Under the pieces are notes generated by a model. That model was not told the origin of the DNA. It did no database searches and saw only the letters and a list, made by a program, of their open reading frames with translations. A program made the translations under genes and the position numbers. A stretch of DNA of 40,698 nt from the NCBI GenBank assembly GCA_015485505.1, contig WFTK01000020.1, positions 1 through 40,698 on the forward strand, in the 5' to 3' direction. Shown piece by piece: positions 35,832-40,698 of the stretch (positions within the stretch are counted from its first letter, which is position 1; each line of letters starts with the position of its first letter). This DNA is from Patescibacteria group bacterium (GTDB lineage Bacteria; Patescibacteriota; Minisyncoccia; Phycocordibacterales; UBA2100).

Positions 35832-37310
35832 TTATTTCGTTCTGGGCTTCATAAGTGGGAAGAGTGATGTCTCTCGTATGCTTTTATCCATAAGGTAACT
35901 GAAGAGTCTCTCAGACACACCAAAGCCAAATGTAGGGGGCATACCATGCTCAAGAGCCTCTACAAAAGAGTCGTCGGCCATCTGGGCCTCGTCATCACCA
36001 GCATCACGTAACGCTTGCTGAGCTTCAAACCGCTCTCTTTGGTCTATCGGGTCGTTAAGTTCACTAAAGCCCTTGCCCATCTCACTACCTCCTAGTATTA
36101 CTTGAAATCTCTCTACTATGCTGGAGTTCTCCTCAGTACTCTTAGCCAATGGCTCGAGGTATTTAGGTACTCCTATCAAAAAGCCGGGGCCTGTGTATTG
36201 CTTACGTACACTCTTCCATAACAAGTCTACTCCTCTACCCATACCTGTGGTAGCTGGGTCAAATTTTATATTTTGCTTCGTTAACTCCTTATGGACTTCA
36301 TCAAGAGTTGAGTTGATAGTATCTATATTAAAGTGATTTTTAATAATATCTGTTAAATTATAAGTCTCCCACTCAGAGGATAAGTCTATTTCTTTACCCT
36401 TTATATTAAATTTAGTAGTACCAAATACCTCATTGGCTACAAGAATATACATATCCCTAACCATATCCATACCTTTGGTGTAGTCTGAATAAGCCTCATA
36501 AAATTCCAGTTGAGTATAATCTTGTAGATGTTCAGCACTCATGCCCTCGTTGCGGAATATCCGTCCAATTTCAAAGACCTTAGGTATACCAGCCACCATA
36601 AGCTTTTTATGCCATAGTTCTGGAGATATACGTAGGTATACATCTATATCTAGTGCATTGTGATGGGTTATGAATGGTGTGGCTTCTGCCCCGCCTGTTG
36701 TATTTTCTAATATTGGTGTTTCAACTTCTACATACCCCCTACTAAGCAAGAAAGATCGCATAGTATTCCAAAACTTACTACGCATAGCTGCAAGTTTAGC
36801 CACATCCTCATTTAGTATCATGTCTAGATACCGTTTTCTGTATCTGTCATCCTCATCTTTTATACCAAAGAACTCCTTAGGTAAAGGCAGTAGGCTTTTG
36901 GTCAACATTCGCCACTTTTTTACTAAGATACTTTGTGCTCCTCGCTCAGTAGTAAATGGTATACCTGTAACTTCTACAAAGTCTCCAGTGTCTACAGTCT
37001 CTATAAATAGGCTGTGACTCTTCTCATCCACCTCGTCTAATTTCAAGACTGCTTGTATGCGTCCAGTACCATCATACAAATCAATAAATATTAGAGCGCC
37101 ATGTCCTCTTTTTGCCATTACTCGGCCGGCTAGAGTTTTAGATTCTTTTTTTTGTGCCAGAGCATCAAAATCTTTAAGAAGATCTTCTATAGATATATTG
37201 CGTCCAGTACTTATGGCGTATGGATTTTGCCCTGCATCTTTAAGTGCTTTTGCTTTTGCTAATCGCTCCTCTTTAAGTAGTTTTATATTTTGTTTCTCAT
37301 CAGTACTCAT
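35832..37310 (-). CDS. lysS: Lysyl-tRNA synthetase (class II)
   Basis: It has an OB anticodon-binding domain and class II motifs (FEIGRIFRNEG and GFGVSERL). Confidence 0.95.
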   Translation of the reverse strand: MSTDEKQNIKLLKEERLAKAKALKDAGQNPYAISTGRNISIEDLLKDFDALAQKKESKTLAGRVMAKRGHGALIFIDLYDGTGRIQAVLKLDEVDEKSHSLFIETVDTGDFVEVTGIPFTTERGAQSILVKKWRMLTKSLLPLPKEFFGIKDEDDRYRKRYLDMILNEDVAKLAAMRSKFWNTMRSFLLSRGYVEVETPILENTTGGAEATPFITHHNALDIDVYLRISPELWHKKLMVAGIPKVFEIGRIFRNEGMSAEHLQDYTQLEFYEAYSDYTKGMDMVRDMYILVANEVFGTTKFNIKGKEIDLSSEWETYNLTDIIKNHFNIDTINSTLDEVHKELTKQNIKFDPATTGMGRGVDLLWKSVRKQYTGPGFLIGVPKYLEPLAKSTEENSSIVERFQVILGGSEMGKGFSELNDPIDQRERFEAQQALRDAGDDEAQMADDSFVEALEHGMPPTFGFGVSERLFSYLMDKSIRETSLFPLMKPRTK

Positions 37311-37359
37311 CTTATAATTATGCCATATATATAGTATATGACAAATAGATTAGATGCTA

Positions 37360-37686
37360 TTATCCTGTCGGTTTTGTTAAGTTTAAGCCTCCGACCAGTA
37401 AGTTGAGGATTCCCCAGATAGAGACCATTACAAATATAATAATAATACCCCAAATTAAAGTCTCTTTTAATTTCGCGCGTGAGGCTGTATCGCCACTGCT
37501 GGTACCAAATATGCCAACCCCTGAGTGATAGAAGAAGAGTACAATAGCTAAACTTATAAGAACCGGTACTGCAGTATTGATTAAAGACACTATATCATCT
37601 ACAAAAGATTTAAGAGTATATGATGCAGCCTGCGTAATTTGAGGTGCTAATATGGCAGTAGTTATTATTGTAATTAATTTGGTCAT
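37360..37686 (-). CDS. Small secreted two-TM protein, TrbC/VirB2 (T4SS pilin)-like, copy 3
   Basis: It has a signal peptide (MTKLITIITTAILAPQITQAAS) and two hydrophobic helices separated by a short polar loop (GTSSGDTASRAKLKE). It is 108 aa. Confidence 0.55.
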   Translation of the reverse strand: MTKLITIITTAILAPQITQAASYTLKSFVDDIVSLINTAVPVLISLAIVLFFYHSGVGIFGTSSGDTASRAKLKETLIWGIIIIFVMVSIWGILNLLVGGLNLTKPTG

Positions 37687-37690
37687 TTTA

Positions 37691-38017
37691 TCATTTAATT
37701 ATATTACTTATTGTAGAGTCTATAATAGTTGATAATGTCCAAGCACCTAAGAAAACCGCTATACCAATTATAACCCACATGATATTAAAAGATGCCCCTT
37801 TAATCTTCTCGGAGTTGCCTCGGGCAAATAAAAATTTAAATCCAGCATAAACGAGTATAAGACCTATAAATGGTACTCCAATATACATCACTACAGCAAG
37901 TACAGACTGTACAAATTGAGGTATAGTATCCACCTTTACACTGCCACCGGCAAGTGGATTAGTAAGAGGCTCTGCATATGCGATTATATTTTCTAATATC
38001 ATAATTAACTTCTCCAA
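37691..38017 (-). CDS. Small two-TM protein, TrbC/VirB2 (T4SS pilin)-like, copy 2
   Basis: It is a clear paralogue of copy 1 (NPLA.., P.IGL.LVYAGF.F..ARGN.EKIK.A..NI..V.IGI.V.LG). It is the only CDS in the window ending in TGA. Confidence 0.55.
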   Translation of the reverse strand: MEKLIMILENIIAYAEPLTNPLAGGSVKVDTIPQFVQSVLAVVMYIGVPFIGLILVYAGFKFLFARGNSEKIKGASFNIMWVIIGIAVFLGAWTLSTIIDSTISNIIK

Positions 38018-38292
38018 CCTAATAAGCCTACGACTATAGTGTTATAAAATAACATTGCTATTGTATATGAGCCTAAGACTACTCCAATACCTATTAATAC
38101 ATATGTTATGTTTTGTGTTGCTGTCTTTATCTTCTCCCTATTGCCTCTGGCTGTTATAAACATAAAACCGGCATATACTAAAACCAGTCCTATAACTGGA
38201 TATGCCAGATACATTATACCTCCCAACACAGACTCTAAGAATCCAGTGACCCCGGGTGTTGCTAGTGGGTTGGTTACTACGGCTGCTTCCAT
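38005..38292 (-). CDS. Small two-TM protein, TrbC/VirB2 (T4SS pilin)-like, copy 1
   Basis: It is 95 aa, contains TNPLATPGV...YPVIGLVLVYAGFMFITARGNREKIKTATQNITYVLIGIGVVLG, and overlaps copy 2 by 13 nt. Confidence 0.55.
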   Translation of the reverse strand: MEAAVVTNPLATPGVTGFLESVLGGIMYLAYPVIGLVLVYAGFMFITARGNREKIKTATQNITYVLIGIGVVLGSYTIAMLFYNTIVVGLLGWRS

Positions 38293-38299
38293 AAGATTA

Positions 38300-39619
38300 T
38301 TATTGAGATAGTAATACTTCTAACTCCTTTTGTGCTCGTGATATTGCTTCGCTCATACGCTTCTCTCCTGAGACTACACTATTTATCATCTTTGCAATTA
38401 TAGCATAGGTTGCAGTTGGGTTAGGGTCTAACCAGCTACGTGCCATTATTGCCGAGTTTCTAAATGTAGTTTTGGTGGCATTGGTAGGTACTGTTGCCAG
38501 TAAGCTATTATGTGGACTTGGTAATCCTATATAATCAGATAAGATACTAGATGCATCTTCTGTGGTTAATATTTGTTGCATTGTAAGAGCATCTTGTGGA
38601 TTTTGAGATACTGTAGGTATAGCTAGTGCATACACTCTTGCAAATGTAGTTAGGTTTTCTCCATTACCATTAGATAAGTGTGGCAATGGGGCAACATCAA
38701 AGTTTAAGTTAGGGTTTTGTTGTTCAATAAGATTGAATTCAGAAGCGTAGCCTATGTACATCGCTAGAGTGCCTTGTATGAAGGCATCTCTATCAATTGG
38801 TAGAGACTTATTCCAAGTGTATGTAGACTTTGTAGGATTAGAAAACTCAGTATAAAAACGAAGTGCATCTTGCGCCGGTAGTGTACCCTGGGTATTACGG
38901 TTATCTAGAGTGGCTATTTGTTTACCATCTTGCCCTTGCTCCAACACAGAACCTCCAGCTTGCTTAAGCATAGCTATAAATATGTCTTTAGAGTGTAAAA
39001 CGTTAGTTGTCTCGCCTAGTGCTATTGTGGCTATATCTATGTTCCCAGATTCTGTCTTGCGGGTAATCTTTTGTGACATTTTAAATAGCTCTCCCCATTG
39101 TGTTGGTGGCAGTGGGTATTGATTTACAGATAGGAGTGTACGATTCCAATACAATACTAGTGGATCTATTGCCACCGGCTGACCAATAATACCCTCTGGT
39201 AGCATTAGAGATTGAGTAGCTTGAGCATACTTATTTTTAAACGTCCTGGCATCTATCTGCTCATATGGAGTTACATATACGCGATTACGATTCTTCATTA
39301 TCTGCTCATTAGATAGTAGTATCAAGTCAGGGCCATAACCTGATGCTAAAGCCTCAACCAAGGTACTGTCAAAAGTCTCAGGATCTTTATATTTATATTG
39401 TAATTTTTGTATACGTAGATCTACATCTGCATAACGAGTTATAAAGCTATTCATTTGAGATTCAGGGATTGTACCCCATGCCTCTACAGTATTTAACTCA
39501 GACGACGATGAGCCACTTGCTTTAAACATGGCAAACATAAGAGCGCCTATAGCTGCAAATACCAAAAATAGCGAGAATACAACTAATTTGAATGGACTGT
39601 TATTTGTTATATCTGACAT
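38300..39619 (-). CDS. Membrane-anchored extracellular solute-binding protein (ABC SBP family 1-like), orphan
   Basis: It has an N-terminal TM anchor and a Ser-rich linker. Its MalE-like pattern includes GYGPDLILL, DPLVLYWN and LAMYIGYASE. No permease or ATPase gene is in the window. Confidence 0.55.
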   Translation of the reverse strand: MSDITNNSPFKLVVFSLFLVFAAIGALMFAMFKASGSSSSELNTVEAWGTIPESQMNSFITRYADVDLRIQKLQYKYKDPETFDSTLVEALASGYGPDLILLSNEQIMKNRNRVYVTPYEQIDARTFKNKYAQATQSLMLPEGIIGQPVAIDPLVLYWNRTLLSVNQYPLPPTQWGELFKMSQKITRKTESGNIDIATIALGETTNVLHSKDIFIAMLKQAGGSVLEQGQDGKQIATLDNRNTQGTLPAQDALRFYTEFSNPTKSTYTWNKSLPIDRDAFIQGTLAMYIGYASEFNLIEQQNPNLNFDVAPLPHLSNGNGENLTTFARVYALAIPTVSQNPQDALTMQQILTTEDASSILSDYIGLPSPHNSLLATVPTNATKTTFRNSAIMARSWLDPNPTATYAIIAKMINSVVSGEKRMSEAISRAQKELEVLLSQ

Positions 39620-39624
39620 ATTGA

Positions 39625-40152
39625 TTATTTGTTAAAATGTAATCCATAGTGATGGTCTCCAGGAGTAAAGGTGTCTTTAAGTTTAAATCCTGCCGACTCT
39701 GCTAGCGTTTGTGCTTCTGTTTGAGTTACTATCAGCTCTTTACTTGGACCCATACCGTTGAAAGAGTCTGACCAGTCAATTATATATAAGCTACCATCTG
39801 GCTTTAATACTCTATATGCCTCACGTAATGCCCCGGCTCGATCCTCAAGTTGAAAAAGGGTGTTAGATATTAACACAACGTCTAGTGAGTCATCAGGTAG
39901 TTTAGTAGCACCAAGAACCTCAAAATCACACCATAAGAATTTGGTATTAGTTATACCTGCTTTTATAGCAGTATCTTTAAGTTTAAGTAATATGTCTTTT
40001 TGTATATCTATTGCATATACTCTGCCAGTTACACCTACCAGTGGAGCCGCAGATAATACAAAGGCACCTGTACCGGCTCCAAAGTCTGCAAATTTACTGC
40101 CCTCCTTTATACCAAGGGTATGTATAACTTCAGCTGGGTTTACAAATGCCAT
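39625..40152 (-). CDS. Class I SAM-dependent methyltransferase (small, 175 aa)
   Basis: It has motif I FADFGAGTGAFVL, post-I YAIDIQ and LKPDGSLYIIDW. Confidence 0.65.
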   Translation of the reverse strand: MAFVNPAEVIHTLGIKEGSKFADFGAGTGAFVLSAAPLVGVTGRVYAIDIQKDILLKLKDTAIKAGITNTKFLWCDFEVLGATKLPDDSLDVVLISNTLFQLEDRAGALREAYRVLKPDGSLYIIDWSDSFNGMGPSKELIVTQTEAQTLAESAGFKLKDTFTPGDHHYGLHFNK

Positions 40153-40224
40153 TAATTACTATTATAGCGTAGTTTTTATACTTTATAAGTGGCAGTGTTG
40201 ATATATGATAGTATACTTAATCCT

Positions 40225-40698
40225 ATGGAGTTAACTGACAGTATTAGACAGCACTTTAGATTAGTAGCTAGCCAAACTGCGGCTCTAGATAAACTTGGTG
40301 TGCATACCATAGAGGACCTACTTATGCATGTGCCAACTCGTTATGAAGATGTTGGTAACGCTATTAGCATAGAACAATTACAATCTAGTAAAGATCTTAA
40401 TGAGATGGTGACTATCTATGCCTCTATATCTAATGTAGAGAAGAAATTGATGTGGAAGACAAAGAGATACTCTGTAGAGGCAAAGTTGAGTGATGACACA
40501 GGTAGTATTAAGGTGAGGTGGTTTAATCAGCCTTATATATCAGATTCTTTAAAGTATGCCCAGTATGTAAAAGTGACAGGCAAGCTCTCTGGTAGTGGGA
40601 CTAGTGCATACTTTGCTAATCCAACTATTGAGGTGATGCCTGGACTCCCCGAGCGTATTAGTTATCAGGAGGTTACTGGGCTATATCCAATATATAAA
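40225..40698 (+). CDS. recG: ATP-dependent DNA helicase RecG, N-terminal wedge domain (3' end outside the window)
   Basis: My translation from ATG 40225 gives MELTDSIRQHFRLVASQTAALDKLGVHTIEDLLMHVPTRYEDVG...IKVRWFNQPYI...VKVTGKL. This is typical of the RecG N-terminus and OB wedge. The frame stays open to the window end. Confidence 0.8.
   Translation, partial: MELTDSIRQHFRLVASQTAALDKLGVHTIEDLLMHVPTRYEDVGNAISIEQLQSSKDLNEMVTIYASISNVEKKLMWKTKRYSVEAKLSDDTGSIKVRWFNQPYISDSLKYAQYVKVTGKLSGSGTSAYFANPTIEVMPGLPERISYQEVTGLYPIYK

Noticed and set aside
1-40698. Alternative genetic code with UGA as a sense codon (code 4 or 25).
   Set aside because: All conserved genes are full length under the standard code, so no in-frame TGA is needed. 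I report only the depletion of TGA stops as a finding.

Overview
This is a gene-dense 40.7 kb window from a small-genome bacterium, with 39 complete CDS, 2 edge-truncated CDS and 1 tRNA. Almost all of it is housekeeping. Cell division and peptidoglycan genes are ftsZ, mreB, an ftsQ-like gene, murB, murF, ddl, mraZ-rsmH-ftsL-ftsI, murG and an M23 peptidase. Translation genes are frr, pheS, pheT, tyrS, gltX, lysS, rplI, rpmA, thiI and tRNA-Ala. Others are class II ribonucleotide reductase (nrdJ), trxB, corA, rseP, dnaJ, a holB-like gene, a UvrD-type helicase fused to a Cas4/AddB-like nuclease, and the start of recG. The shortened PheS/PheT, MurF and DnaJ, the small two-TM pilin-like genes and the tight gene packing suggest a Patescibacteria/CPR-like organism; this is inference only. 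Accessory content is small: a RhuM-Doc toxin-like gene wedged between murB and murF, a MazF-like remnant, three tandem VirB2/T4SS-pilin-like genes next to an orphan solute-binding protein, and several small methyltransferases. I found no rRNA, CRISPR array, IS element, integrase or recognisable multi-gene defence system, and I cannot point to a clear novel protein system. The unusual signals are at nucleic-acid level. (1) An 81-nt near-perfect hairpin sits in frame inside murB. (2) A 125-nt element with 28-bp perfect terminal inverted repeats lies between two convergent genes. (3) A roughly 400-nt hairpin-dense non-coding region between pheT and nrdJ matches no RNA class I can recognise. (4) A hairpin flanked by a 7-nt direct repeat abuts the 5' end of tRNA-Ala. 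(5) A 10-bp-phased TGG repeat array lies upstream of mraZ. (6) TGA stop codons are almost absent (1 of 39, and that one is followed immediately by TAA).
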